Below, piece after piece: positions 24,515 to 34,345 of a stretch of 44,656 nucleotides of DNA. Position 1 is the stretch's first letter, and each line of letters begins with the position of its first letter. A program made the translations under genes and the position numbers. The DNA comes from a virus. The notes beneath the pieces were generated by a model. That model had not been told where the DNA came from. It searched no databases and saw nothing but the letters and a program-made list of their open reading frames with translations. The stretch is from IMG/VR virus record IMGVR_UViG_3300045391_001696, positions 1 through 44,656 of that record; one strand, given 5' to 3'.

Positions 24515-25216
24515 ATGGGCGTGGGCGATGTCAGATATACCGTCCTTCAAACCGTAAATGAGGTGCAGCGCAAGCTTGGCCTGACGGAAACTGCGCTGTC
24601 TAATAACAAGCTTTCCATTCAGCTTATCGACTTCATAAATGATACCTGCAATGATCTCTCCGATTTTGGGAACTGGCAGGAAACATTGGTTACAGCCAAC
24701 GTAACATGCGTGTCCGGACAAGTCGATTATTTAGTAAATACCAGCGCTAATATTAAGAATATCGGTGACCTATATCTTTCGATTCGGCGTGGCCCGCTAT
24801 TGCACGTAACTATTGATGAAATGCGCGTTTTAACCCGCGTGACCGCCATCGGAACGCCAACCCAATATACGATATTTGGAACGGATGCCAGCAGCGGCAA
24901 TCCAATTATTCGCGTAAGGCCGAAACCGGCACAGGCTGAAGATGGATCTCTGTTCTCAGTTCTTTATTATATTAGAACGCCACTTTATACGACAAGCGAT
25001 AGTAATACAATCATACCGTTTCCAGCGCGCGTTGTGGTTCTCGGCACGCTTGCCAGGGCTATTTTAAATGAATCTGGTGGAGCTCCCACAGATCGCTATT
25101 CCGTTACTTATAAAGACTATCTTAATGCAAGAAAGGAGGCATTAAACCGCTTTAAAGGCGATACTGGTTGGGATGTATCATTTACTCCATCCCTGATTAG
25201 CAGGAGGAATAGATGA
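24515..25216 (+). CDS. putative head-tail adaptor (T7 gp11-like tail tubular protein A)
   Basis: Size (233 aa) and position before a 686-aa protein; pattern loosely similar to podovirus adaptors. Confidence 0.45.
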   Translation: MGVGDVRYTVLQTVNEVQRKLGLTETALSNNKLSIQLIDFINDTCNDLSDFGNWQETLVTANVTCVSGQVDYLVNTSANIKNIGDLYLSIRRGPLLHVTIDEMRVLTRVTAIGTPTQYTIFGTDASSGNPIIRVRPKPAQAEDGSLFSVLYYIRTPLYTTSDSNTIIPFPARVVVLGTLARAILNESGGAPTDRYSVTYKDYLNARKEALNRFKGDTGWDVSFTPSLISRRNR

Positions 25217-27273
25217 TAACGGTTGATTATCAATTGCCTCCCTATGGGCTTGGAACTGATTTTTCAGAATTTGAACGCCCGATTACATTTGCAGAAACCT
25301 ATACAAACAGATTTAGAAATATTACGGGTGGCGCAGAGCGTCGTCCTGGAATGTCCGTTTTCGGCGTCGCCGTAAGCGGCGCTCCAAACCTGACCAGGAT
25401 GCATGAATATGTAAGCAATACCGGCGTCGAAACGCTGTTTACATCGGACAATTTCGGTAACATATATAGATTTAATAGTTTCGGTACGGCGGCTACCGTT
25501 GTCAGCGGTAAATCAAACGTAAAACTTTTAAGCGCGCAGGCCGAAGATAAGCTTATTTTTGTAAACGGCGTTGACCGAAATTTCTACACTGATGACGGCG
25601 GTAATACCTTTAAGGAACTTAAGGCCATTATCACGCTTGGCACGATGGCTGGCGGCACATCGGCAACTAGCGTTATAGATGGGCAGATTTCCAATTGGAT
25701 AAATCAAACATTAGTATCAAACAATGACATTGTTTATAATGTTACCCTTAATGCATATGGTATTGTATCGACTGTTGCCAGTGCGGCACTTACTATTACA
25801 GCCATAGGCAGCGCCGCTACCGGAGTTGGAAATGCCGTAAGAGATCAGCAGAGCGGTGATATTTATCAGCTTATAGATTATGTTGATCTGAATATAATTC
25901 CGCAGGGAAATGGCACCACTGATAATATAGCTACGGCCACCACGGGAACTACAACCGGCGTTGTGGCCGTTAGTGGTGTAAATTTTTCAAATACAACCAT
26001 CCGTATCGGTGATTTCGTCTACAATACTACGCGCTCAGCCATTGCAATTGTCGGCAGCGTAAGCGCTAATATAAATTATGCTCCGCAGGCAAATAGTAAT
26101 GGGCAGATAACCGGGCAAACCGCAGGAGATGCTCTGGTATTCTTTAAATCAGCCATGCCAATTGCTTCATGGGTGCATGTGCATTATGGTCGTGTTTATT
26201 ATTTAGATTCAAGAGATCAAACGAATATTGTTATATCGGCTCCTGATGATGCCCAGGATGTGACAACATATCAAGAAACGCTAGATACTACATCATTTAG
26301 CTTTGGAACCCAGCAGCCAACTGGCGACACCATTTTAAGCATGGGGACATTCCAAAAATATTTCGTGGCATCGGGAACAAAGAATTTATATATCTATGAC
26401 GGTATTACGCCTATTGCCGATACGGCTTCAACTACTATTGATTTTAAGCCGATTGCCTTTTATCCAAACGGTATAGCATCTCGTTTCGGCCTTGGAACGA
26501 ATGGCAGCGACCTATTGCATGTAACAACTGAGGGTTTGCAGGCAATCAACATTGGCAATATCAGCAATACGACAGTGCAGAATAACGCGTCTGTCCCTGT
26601 GCGTACTGCCATGTTGCGCGCAATCCTTGCCTCAAATCCGGAAAACATACAGCTTTCATTTTATCCGCGCCGGTCATGGCTCATAACCAAAATTAGTGAC
26701 GTATGCTACATTTTAAATACGAATCCCACCTATAACGATGCCGGACAGTTGCAGATCATTTCCTCATGGCATTTGTTCACCGGATTATGGGCGCAACAGA
26801 ATCATTATTTTGTGCGCCATAACGGTGATCTTCTGGCGTGTGGCACAAATGGCCTTGTTTATCAAATGGATAATAGCGCGGCAACTGATGTCGGCACAAG
26901 AATCCAGACCGATTTAACTACGGCTTGGCTTGGTATGGAAGAGCCGCAAAAAACGGTTAGGGTTAAGCAAGGGCAGTACATTAAGCCCATATTTGAAAGC
27001 ACAACTGGAATAGCATATACTATCAATGCCGTAGCGGGTTGGGATGCATTTTCAAGCGATTCCATCGTTGTTTCTGCTGTTGGGGCTGGCCAGATCGGGA
27101 GCGCGATCATTGGCGTTACGCCCATAGGAGCCGGAAACTTCGCCCAAGCAACTAAATATCCTCTCCGCTGGCGGGGCGAGCAAGTCAGGATTGAGTTCCT
27201 GACAGAATCAAGCGCAACACCAGACATCATAACGGGCTTCACCCTATATGGGGAAGTTGGAGGTATTCGCTAA
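25213..27273 (+). CDS. putative tail nozzle (T7 gp12-like tail tubular protein B)
   Basis: 686 aa, beta-rich, ATGA-coupled after the adaptor-like gene. No tape measure gene anywhere in the genome. Confidence 0.45.
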   Translation: MITVDYQLPPYGLGTDFSEFERPITFAETYTNRFRNITGGAERRPGMSVFGVAVSGAPNLTRMHEYVSNTGVETLFTSDNFGNIYRFNSFGTAATVVSGKSNVKLLSAQAEDKLIFVNGVDRNFYTDDGGNTFKELKAIITLGTMAGGTSATSVIDGQISNWINQTLVSNNDIVYNVTLNAYGIVSTVASAALTITAIGSAATGVGNAVRDQQSGDIYQLIDYVDLNIIPQGNGTTDNIATATTGTTTGVVAVSGVNFSNTTIRIGDFVYNTTRSAIAIVGSVSANINYAPQANSNGQITGQTAGDALVFFKSAMPIASWVHVHYGRVYYLDSRDQTNIVISAPDDAQDVTTYQETLDTTSFSFGTQQPTGDTILSMGTFQKYFVASGTKNLYIYDGITPIADTASTTIDFKPIAFYPNGIASRFGLGTNGSDLLHVTTEGLQAINIGNISNTTVQNNASVPVRTAMLRAILASNPENIQLSFYPRRSWLITKISDVCYILNTNPTYNDAGQLQIISSWHLFTGLWAQQNHYFVRHNGDLLACGTNGLVYQMDNSAATDVGTRIQTDLTTAWLGMEEPQKTVRVKQGQYIKPIFESTTGIAYTINAVAGWDAFSSDSIVVSAVGAGQIGSAIIGVTPIGAGNFAQATKYPLRWRGEQVRIEFLTESSATPDIITGFTLYGEVGGIR

Positions 27274-27773
27274 TGGCTTCAGATATTTTACAAATGTTGC
27301 AACTAATGCAGAAAATGCAGCCATCAGCTGCACAATCCATTGCATCTGCATATCCCTTTTTAAGCCTTCCTGGCGAACAGAAAACAGCTTTTGCGCCAGC
27401 GCAGCAATACGCCGCCGCCGCAACCGATACCAATAATCCGCTTTATCAGCAGATTTATGGGCAACAGCGTGAGCAAGGGCAGCAGAATTTAGCTGATTCA
27501 ATCATGCAGCTTACCAATCAGAACCGTAAATTATCTATGATGGGCAGGACGCCGTTATTTGCTGCTGATAGGGGCGGAGAAACTTTATTCCGTGGACTTA
27601 CATCCGGCTATCAAGACGCACAAAATCAAGCGGCAATCAATACTAGGGGCATATTAAATAATGCTTATACCAATGCTATGAATACGGGCGCATTACAGGC
27701 GCAATTAGCAGCTAATAAGAAGGGCATCCAAGGAAACTTGCTCGGAGCCATAACCAAATTATTTGGTCTATAA
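27273..27773 (+). CDS. putative internal virion/ejection protein (166 aa, Gln-rich)
   Basis: ORF track; position after the nozzle gene. Confidence 0.45.
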   Translation: MASDILQMLQLMQKMQPSAAQSIASAYPFLSLPGEQKTAFAPAQQYAAAATDTNNPLYQQIYGQQREQGQQNLADSIMQLTNQNRKLSMMGRTPLFAADRGGETLFRGLTSGYQDAQNQAAINTRGILNNAYTNAMNTGALQAQLAANKKGIQGNLLGAITKLFGL

Positions 27774-27774
27774 A

Positions 27775-28893
27775 ATGGATGACATAAGATCGATTTTATC
27801 CCAAATGTTTGATGCACAATCTGCACAGCCGGTTAATTTATATGGCGCTTCGGATATTCCCCAGATGCCATGGCAGCAACAGCCGCAAACTGATGTTGCG
27901 CCGCAAAATCTATCACAGCGCATTCAGGAAGTACTGGGAGCTAAACCGGCTAATCAGGGTGGTACAGTATCGAACATATTATCTTCAAGATTCAATACCG
28001 ATATGGCGGGCGCTTCTGATCTTAGTGGCCTGAGTTCACTTTTTGATGGCGGACCATCTTATGGAGATTACGCACAGGGCGTTGTGCAATCAGCTCTTGG
28101 AAAACCAGAAGTGGGTCAAAATAATAGCGACCTACTCAAAAAACTCTCTACGCTTTCTGAGCTTCAGAAAAATATGGCCATGGCGCAGCTATATCAAAGC
28201 GGGGGCAGTGGTAACCAAACACTTAAAATAGCGCAAGGGCTAATGAATGAAAACCCGAGTCTGTCTCTAGCTGATGCCGTTGCTGTAGTTAAATCTAGCG
28301 GTACTGTACCGCTTACCGTTGGCCGGAATGGCGAAGCCGTCAATCTTCCCGGCTCGGTGAATGCCGCAAGCAATATGGCGGGCGCTAAGCAGCAGGCGGA
28401 AAAAAGCGTTGATTTGGCAATGAATCCACAAATTAAATATCAAGAAGGCGTATCAGAGCAGAATGCTAAATCTGACATGGCGGCGACTAGTACGCTACCG
28501 ATCATAGATCAACTACGCCAATTTAATGCCGGTACTTTTGAAATGCCTTATGCCGATACGGCCCCGGTTAGGGGATATAGCCGCATATTCGGTAGCGCGG
28601 ATCAGCAGGCAAAACAGCAGAATATGGATTTATTGCGCCAAGCCAGAACTGATTTGGCGGCACCCCTTGCCAAAGAACTTGGCGTTAATCCAACCGACAG
28701 AGACTTTCAGGCCACTCTGGACCGTATTTTTGATTCCAATGCCTCGCAAAAATCACGTGCGGCCCAAATCGATTCGCTTGAGCAGAGAATACTGGCCAGA
28801 AAAGCGGCTAGGGCCGGTAAGCAAACTCCCGCTGCTCATGTTAATACCGTCAATTGGATCATTCAAAATGGCAAACTGGTTCCGGCACAATGA
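27775..28893 (+). CDS. putative internal virion/ejection protein (372 aa)
   Basis: ORF track frame trimmed from TTG 27763 to ATG 27775. Confidence 0.45.
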   Translation: MDDIRSILSQMFDAQSAQPVNLYGASDIPQMPWQQQPQTDVAPQNLSQRIQEVLGAKPANQGGTVSNILSSRFNTDMAGASDLSGLSSLFDGGPSYGDYAQGVVQSALGKPEVGQNNSDLLKKLSTLSELQKNMAMAQLYQSGGSGNQTLKIAQGLMNENPSLSLADAVAVVKSSGTVPLTVGRNGEAVNLPGSVNAASNMAGAKQQAEKSVDLAMNPQIKYQEGVSEQNAKSDMAATSTLPIIDQLRQFNAGTFEMPYADTAPVRGYSRIFGSADQQAKQQNMDLLRQARTDLAAPLAKELGVNPTDRDFQATLDRIFDSNASQKSRAAQIDSLEQRILARKAARAGKQTPAAHVNTVNWIIQNGKLVPAQ

Positions 28894-30314
28894 CGCAATC
28901 CGTAACATTGCCAGATGGATCGATTCATAATTTCCCGGATGAAGCAACACCGGAAATGATCGCTGGAGCTTTGGGAGTGTCTGCTCCCCCATCAGCACAA
29001 CCAGCAAATCCGCAAGTCGGTACCGGCATGGATGTGGCCAAATCTGTTGGCTCCAATTTGGTGGGTGGCGGTATTGATCTGGCCATGACGCTTCCTAATT
29101 TAGTTAACCAGACTGTAGCGGGCCCACAATTGCTTGGACGTGGCATTGCTGAAAATGTAGATAAATTGATCGGAATAGAACCCCAGCCACGCGGGGAATT
29201 ATGGCAGCCTCTTTATAGTTCTTACGATGCGGAAAAAGTACTAGGTACAGATTACCAGCCGCAAACTACGGCGGGGCAGGTTGCGGCATTACCTGCACGT
29301 ATATTGGGTGGAATAGGGGCGGCAAAGGGATTGCAAAAAGCCGAAATCGGCGCTGAAAAATTGCTGAATGATCAGACTTCCGGTATTCCCCAAAACCCTC
29401 AAACGACTGCTGCCGATATTTCAAAATTATCACAACAGCAATACGCGCTTGCCGACCAAAAGGGCGGCGTGCTGAAACCAGATGTTACCAATAGGTTTAT
29501 TAATGAGGTTGATTCCATGGCGCGGCAAACGCCACAGGGGAAAGCCCTAGCCGGTAATAGCGAATTTACCAAGACTTCTGATATATTGAAGGGATTTAAA
29601 GATCAGCCCGTTTCATTACGGGCAGCCCAGGAAATCGATGAGGAATTAGCGGATAGGATTGATAGTTTTGTTGATCGCCAAACCGGAATTCTCGATAAGC
29701 AGGGTAAGAAATTACTCGATATTCAAACTAAATTTCGTGAGACTATAGATAGCGCTTCCCCATCGGACGTTATAGGCGGGAAAGATGGATTTGAAGCCCT
29801 TAAGGAAGGACGCAGGCTATGGTCTGCGTCTGCTCGGTTACGCGACATAGAGCGCATTATTAATCGTGCCGAGATGACGGATAATCCAGCTACCGCAATT
29901 AAAACCGGCTTTCGTACATTGGCCAGCAATCCAGCTCGTTTACGCGGATTTTCAAAACAAGAAGTTACCCTTATTAAAAATGCTGCAAAAACTGGAATTA
30001 TAGGTGATTCACTCAGAACGATGGGGAGCAGATTAATACCGGCTATTACCGCTGCTTCTGGGGGGGGGCTTGGCGCTACAGCCGCCGCTCAGGCAACTAC
30101 TATGGCTTCGCGTAATGCTGCAACCAGAATGCAGGTAAATCGAGCAACAAAAGTTGCCAATGCCGTTGCCAATCGTGCCATGACTCCACCGTCTACACAG
30201 CAGGTTCAGAATTTTCCGTCTTTCCTTTTGCCACTTGAAACATCGCTTTTGGAAAGCAAAGCAAATCGTCTCGCACTTCCTCTTGAGGATATGCGTCAGA
30301 AACTCAATCGATAG
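28890..30314 (+). CDS. putative internal virion/ejection protein (474 aa)
   Basis: Track frame trimmed to ATG 28890 (ATGA overlap); N-terminus MTQSVTLPDGSIHNFPDEATPEMI. Confidence 0.45.
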   Translation: MTQSVTLPDGSIHNFPDEATPEMIAGALGVSAPPSAQPANPQVGTGMDVAKSVGSNLVGGGIDLAMTLPNLVNQTVAGPQLLGRGIAENVDKLIGIEPQPRGELWQPLYSSYDAEKVLGTDYQPQTTAGQVAALPARILGGIGAAKGLQKAEIGAEKLLNDQTSGIPQNPQTTAADISKLSQQQYALADQKGGVLKPDVTNRFINEVDSMARQTPQGKALAGNSEFTKTSDILKGFKDQPVSLRAAQEIDEELADRIDSFVDRQTGILDKQGKKLLDIQTKFRETIDSASPSDVIGGKDGFEALKEGRRLWSASARLRDIERIINRAEMTDNPATAIKTGFRTLASNPARLRGFSKQEVTLIKNAAKTGIIGDSLRTMGSRLIPAITAASGGGLGATAAAQATTMASRNAATRMQVNRATKVANAVANRAMTPPSTQQVQNFPSFLLPLETSLLESKANRLALPLEDMRQKLNR

Positions 30315-30323
30315 GAGACTAAC

Positions 30324-30848
30324 ATGGGACTAAACAATACGAATCCGAAAGATGAATTGAGCGCTGCTCAGGTGCTTATCAGTATGGCCGGGGTTTTGAA
30401 AAACCTTACCAGCGATTCTAAATACCTGGCCAAACTTTCCGAGGATGCTTACGGGCTTCCCGATGCGGAAAAAGCTAAGGCAGATAAGGCGCGGGCGGAC
30501 ATTGCGGCTAATCAGGCGGTTCTTGCAGAAATAAAAGACCGCCAGGATGAGTTGGCTGATGCACAGGAAAAGCTCGATAATGATAAAGCTAATCTATCTT
30601 CACAAGCCGCTGCTTTGGAAGAGGCTAGAAAAAGTCTTGATAAATACAAGCGCGATCTTGACGCAATTGCTTCTTCACAATCGCAAAAAGATAAAGATCA
30701 AAATCAGCGCGAAAGCGACCTGAATAATATTCGAGCGCAGGTAGATGCGGATAAAACTAAAAACGTTGCCGACAAAAAAGCCAACGAAGATCTGGCGGAT
30801 GAGCTGCAAGCAAAGCGTGAAGAAATCAACCGTATTTTAAATAAATGA
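30324..30848 (+). CDS. coiled-coil protein (174 aa)
   Basis: Highly charged Ala/Asp/Lys heptad-like sequence. Confidence 0.5.
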   Translation: MGLNNTNPKDELSAAQVLISMAGVLKNLTSDSKYLAKLSEDAYGLPDAEKAKADKARADIAANQAVLAEIKDRQDELADAQEKLDNDKANLSSQAAALEEARKSLDKYKRDLDAIASSQSQKDKDQNQRESDLNNIRAQVDADKTKNVADKKANEDLADELQAKREEINRILNK

Positions 30849-30857
30849 TAGGGTTTA

Positions 30858-32246
30858 ATGGGAACCGGGCTAACCATATTCCCCTCTCTAACGGAAGGAA
30901 TAATTGACGGCGGTGGCGGCGCGTCAATTGGCGGAACCGTAACGGGCGGCCTTGATGGGCGTATATTATACATCCATCCCGATGGCGTTCTAGCGCAAGA
31001 TAGTAATTTTCTTTGGGATGGTTCAACCCAAAGCATCGGCGGCAATCTTACCTTTATCGGTGGCAACCGCACTATAACAACTGATATAGCCGCGACCTCT
31101 AGAAGCCTGACGATTAATCCAGCTACACCTACAAATTCTAATGCGGCTGGTGGTGCAATCACTATTCGCGGTGGCTCACGAAACGGCATTAATACCGATG
31201 GTGCCGTAAACATAGAATCTTTGGTTCTTGGAACCGTCAATATTAAAGCCGGTACGAGTGGCACCACTGGCGGCACTATCAATATAAACGCTGGCGGCAC
31301 TATTGCTGGCGGTACTATTAACATCACAAATACATTTGCTGGCGGCATCAATATCAATGCGGGTGCTACCGGCATATTGAAGCTTAATAATACGAGCACC
31401 GGGGCTGTAATATCCGGTGGCAATACCCAATATGGATCGGCGCAATTTACTGCGCGTGGCGATATCGCTATCGGCAATAGTACGAATTCAGCAACTATTA
31501 ATTTTGATGCCACAAGCATTGATGGCGCGCTTAGTTATTTTCAACAAGTTGGCGGAAATGATGTTCAGCGCTTTTCTTTCTTGTCATCCGGGATTTCTAC
31601 ACAGGCAGGCGTTAGTACGCTTTCAGCCGGTCTTGACAGTTTTCTCGGATTAATTGGCGCTTTCGGCTTGAGTGCCTTCTATGTGGGCGGCAATGCATCG
31701 ACCGGCGCATTAGGCGTTGTTGAATCCGCCAGTGATGTTGGGATAGGTGGTGGCTTCCTGCTCGGCCAAACTATTCCTGGGCAGGCCTCACAGCCAGATG
31801 AAGTCTTGGGAAGCGTTTTATTCTTCGGCAATGATTCAAGCGGCAGCAATGTCAGCCTAACAACTGGTATATTTGGTATTGCAGAAAGCGACTTCGATGT
31901 AAGCCAGGAAATAGGTATTTATGTCGATACGGGTGGCTTGGGCACCCACATCTCGGCATGGCATAATAACGGTAGCTTTGAGCATAATATCCAGCGTTCG
32001 ACAGATGCGAGCTGGAATATGCACAGCAGCCTGAATGATGATTTTGTCTGGATGATGGCAGATAACGGTTGGGTTGGAATAAATAAGGTTCCCGTTGCTT
32101 ATGACCTCGAAGTAAACGGCGATATTCAGGCAGGGGGATATAGATCATCCGACGCCAGTGCCGGTATCAATACAACCATTACCACGGCCTCTTTGGTTGG
32201 GAAGACCATTACGGTAAAAAACGGTTTAATCACAGGATTTGCATAA
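30858..32246 (+). CDS. tail fibre/spike protein with beta-helix-like GGTINI repeats (462 aa)
   Basis: Repeats GTVNIKAG/GGTININAGG/GGTINITN/GGININAG; C-terminal variable-looking domain. Confidence 0.6.
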   Translation: MGTGLTIFPSLTEGIIDGGGGASIGGTVTGGLDGRILYIHPDGVLAQDSNFLWDGSTQSIGGNLTFIGGNRTITTDIAATSRSLTINPATPTNSNAAGGAITIRGGSRNGINTDGAVNIESLVLGTVNIKAGTSGTTGGTININAGGTIAGGTINITNTFAGGININAGATGILKLNNTSTGAVISGGNTQYGSAQFTARGDIAIGNSTNSATINFDATSIDGALSYFQQVGGNDVQRFSFLSSGISTQAGVSTLSAGLDSFLGLIGAFGLSAFYVGGNASTGALGVVESASDVGIGGGFLLGQTIPGQASQPDEVLGSVLFFGNDSSGSNVSLTTGIFGIAESDFDVSQEIGIYVDTGGLGTHISAWHNNGSFEHNIQRSTDASWNMHSSLNDDFVWMMADNGWVGINKVPVAYDLEVNGDIQAGGYRSSDASAGINTTITTASLVGKTITVKNGLITGFA

Positions 32247-32473
32247 TGACTGAAATCATCGAAAATTGCGACGGAAAGCTCCGGGTTACATCAACGGATG
32301 CGCGAGAATACGACATTCCCGAACTGCAAAGGCAGCTTACTGAAACCAATAAACGTCTGAACAATATCCAGACATTTGCCGATGTGCAGAAGCAGCCGCA
32401 TTTGCGCCGCAAGGAATATCTCGAAAATCTAATTTATCAAGCAACCCAACTAGGCATAACGGAGAATCCATGA
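32246..32473 (+). CDS. hypothetical protein (75 aa)
   Basis: ORF track; ATGA overlaps. Confidence 0.45.
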   Translation: MTEIIENCDGKLRVTSTDAREYDIPELQRQLTETNKRLNNIQTFADVQKQPHLRRKEYLENLIYQATQLGITENP

Positions 32474-32619
32474 CACCTGTAGAATCCTTGACTCTGGTAT
32501 ATTCAGTCATCCGCAAAATTAGCTTGAACGCCGATGAGCACGACAAGCTGAAAGAGGCTTGCATGATTATCGATAAGGCGCTCGCTCCCAAGAAAGACGA
32601 GAGCAATGTCCAGTCGTGA
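32470..32619 (+). CDS. possible small protein (49 aa), not in ORF track
   Basis: Hand-translated MTPVESLTLVYSVIRKISLNADEHDKLKEACMIIDKALAPKKDESNVQS; ATGA-coupled. Confidence 0.35.
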   Translation: MTPVESLTLVYSVIRKISLNADEHDKLKEACMIIDKALAPKKDESNVQS

Positions 32620-32842
32620 CCCAGAGCGCATAGCGGTACTTGAAACCCGCGCCGATACCCACGAAGAGAAAATCTCCGAAATGGCAGATACCCTGAAAAC
32701 CATTGAGGTTGATGTAAGGAGCATAAGCCTAAAGCTGGATAAGAACCTTAGTTTCTTTGCCGGTGTGGCATTTACCTTTTCATTGTTCGGGGCAGTATTC
32801 GGCTCTCTGGGAATGAAAGCAGTAGATAAGATATTTTCATGA
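32606..32842 (+). CDS. membrane-anchored protein, holin candidate (78 aa)
   Basis: Single C-terminal TM segment LSFFAGVAFTFSLFGAVFGSLGM; immediately upstream of the endolysin gene. Confidence 0.4.
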   Translation: MSSRDPERIAVLETRADTHEEKISEMADTLKTIEVDVRSISLKLDKNLSFFAGVAFTFSLFGAVFGSLGMKAVDKIFS

Positions 32843-33240
32843 ACGATACCGAAACATTAGCGCGTACCCTGTGGGGCGAGTCAAGAGGCGAGGGTGACCT
32901 GGGCATCCATGCCGTTGCTAATGTTGTTATGAATCGTGTTGATGCGAAGAAATGGTGGGGGCTGACGCCATATGAAGTATGCCGCAAGCCGTGGCAGTTC
33001 TCGTGCTGGAATGAAAACGATCCTAACCGTGCAAAGCTGTTGGCCGTTACGGACGCCGATCCGATCTACGCCAAATGCCTGCAAATCGCCCAAAAGGCCG
33101 TTAATCACGCGCTGCCCGATATTACTGACAAGGCAACGCATTATTTCGACAAGCGAATGCCATCCGTACCAAAATGGGCGGAAGATGCAGAACCTTGTGC
33201 AATCATAGGTCATCACGTTTTCTATCGGGGAATACAATGA
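32839..33240 (+). CDS. endolysin, SleB-like cell wall hydrolase (Hydrolase_2 family)
   Basis: ARTLWGESRGEG...AVANVVMNRV...PWQFSCWN are typical Hydrolase_2 motifs. Confidence 0.85.
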   Translation: MNDTETLARTLWGESRGEGDLGIHAVANVVMNRVDAKKWWGLTPYEVCRKPWQFSCWNENDPNRAKLLAVTDADPIYAKCLQIAQKAVNHALPDITDKATHYFDKRMPSVPKWAEDAEPCAIIGHHVFYRGIQ

Positions 33241-33410
33241 ATAAATCACTAAAGGAAATACTGGCGTATATCATCGTCGGAGCCGCAATACTTCTTACCG
33301 CATTCAAGGGAACACTCGACTGGATGGGCCTCGCTATCGTGGCGCTTATCCTGCATCTTCCCGGAACACAGTGGCTACGTAAAATATTCAAAAGGCTGAG
33401 CGGCAGATGA
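33237..33410 (+). CDS. two-TM small membrane protein, holin/antiholin candidate (57 aa)
   Basis: Track frame trimmed to ATG 33237 (ATGA overlap with the endolysin stop); TM segments ILAYIIVGAAILLTAF and WMGLAIVALILHL. Confidence 0.5.
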   Translation: MNKSLKEILAYIIVGAAILLTAFKGTLDWMGLAIVALILHLPGTQWLRKIFKRLSGR

Positions 33411-33805
33411 ACGCACTGGCCATATTGCTGCAATATTGGAAGCCGCTGGTAATCGTCCTGCTGCTTTTGGTCAGCAACGCATGGTCGCTTAATCACGGAA
33501 TGGTGCTTGTAGAACGAGAGCAAGACGCCGCCATATCCAGACAGCGTGAAAACAATCTCAAGGTAAATACGGAGGTATCGGATGCCCTGCAAAAGAAATA
33601 TGCTTCTCTGCGTCATCGCTACGATGATATTATCAGGATGCGCCAGACAGGTGGCTTGCTCCTATCCCCAACCACCGGCAGACCTGATGCAGCCCCCTGC
33701 ACAAACGGACTTTCTGGGGAAATTCTATCCCTGATGCTTCAGGCCGACCTAAATACACAGCAACTTATTGCACTGCAAACATGGATTAAAACCATAGGAA
33801 AGTGA
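33407..33805 (+). CDS. Rz: i-spanin (Rz-like)
   Basis: N-terminal TM segment LVIVLLLLVSNAW, coiled-coil periplasmic domain, and an embedded lipoprotein ORF in the +1 frame. Confidence 0.65.
   Translation: MNALAILLQYWKPLVIVLLLLVSNAWSLNHGMVLVEREQDAAISRQRENNLKVNTEVSDALQKKYASLRHRYDDIIRMRQTGGLLLSPTTGRPDAAPCTNGLSGEILSLMLQADLNTQQLIALQTWIKTIGK
33600..33734 (+). CDS. Rz1: o-spanin (Rz1-like lipoprotein, 44 aa) embedded in the Rz frame; not in ORF track
   Basis: Hand-translated MLLCVIATMILSGCARQVACSYPQPPADLMQPPAQTDFLGKFYP; lipobox LSGC; Pro-rich mature part. Confidence 0.7.
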   Translation: MLLCVIATMILSGCARQVACSYPQPPADLMQPPAQTDFLGKFYP

Positions 33806-33813
33806 GGGATCGC

Positions 33814-33975
33814 ATGATCCACATACTCCGCATTATCCGTAAGAAGCCAGAAATAGGCGTTATCGTCATGGCGGGCGTGTCTATCGCGCTTACCATATGT
33901 TGGGGGGGCCTTATTATCTGGTGTTTGTATAATGACTCCTGCGTTAGTCACTGGATGGATAGGCTTACAGCATGA
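33814..33975 (+). CDS. possible small membrane protein (53 aa), not in ORF track
   Basis: Hand-translated MIHILRIIRKKPEIGVIVMAGVSIALTICWGGLIIWCLYNDSCVSHWMDRLTA; ATGA overlap with the next gene. Confidence 0.35.
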   Translation: MIHILRIIRKKPEIGVIVMAGVSIALTICWGGLIIWCLYNDSCVSHWMDRLTA

Positions 33976-34343
33976 AGCTAAACAGCGCCGGTAAAGACCT
34001 CATTGCGTTTCTAAAGCACGATGACGAATTCCTGCTGGAGACACGTAAAGACGCAGAGAAGGCCATAAAGGCGCTTGTCCATGTCAGACTAACCAATAAC
34101 CAATATTCAGCGCTCCTGAGCTTTATAATGAGCGAGGGTATACATACGTTTAAAGCCAGCAAGCTTCTAAAGCTGGTAAACGCCCGTAATGTTCGCTCGG
34201 CAGACCAGTTCGATAAGTACATCTACAGCATAGACGAGAACGGCCAGAGGATAGTCGATACGTTCCTGGTCAGGCATAGGGAGCTTGAGAAGGCATTATT
34301 CCTGATGCCGGAGCTGTTGCCCAAACGCAGGAAACGGGGATAG
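33972..34343 (+). CDS. lysozyme (GH24)-like protein lacking the catalytic N-terminal segment
   Basis: LTNNQYSALLSFIMSEGIHTFKASKLLKLVN...FLVRHRELEKALF matches the C-terminal half of T4/lambda-type lysozymes. The E...D...TIGYG region is absent. Confidence 0.6.
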   Translation: MKLNSAGKDLIAFLKHDDEFLLETRKDAEKAIKALVHVRLTNNQYSALLSFIMSEGIHTFKASKLLKLVNARNVRSADQFDKYIYSIDENGQRIVDTFLVRHRELEKALFLMPELLPKRRKRG

Positions 34344-34345
34344 CC

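Noticed and set aside
30704-31519. Minus-strand ORF of 271 aa
   Set aside because: It is antisense to the coiled-coil gene and to the GGT-rich tail-fibre gene. Its Pro/Val/Ala-rich product mirrors the sense-strand Gly/Thr/Asn repeats. It has no RBS and opposes the operon direction.
30858-32246. Diversity-generating retroelement targeting the tail fibre (given the loosely BPP-1-like capsid-gene order suspected from memory)
   Set aside because: There is no reverse transcriptase ORF and no template repeat matching the fibre 3' end anywhere in the window.
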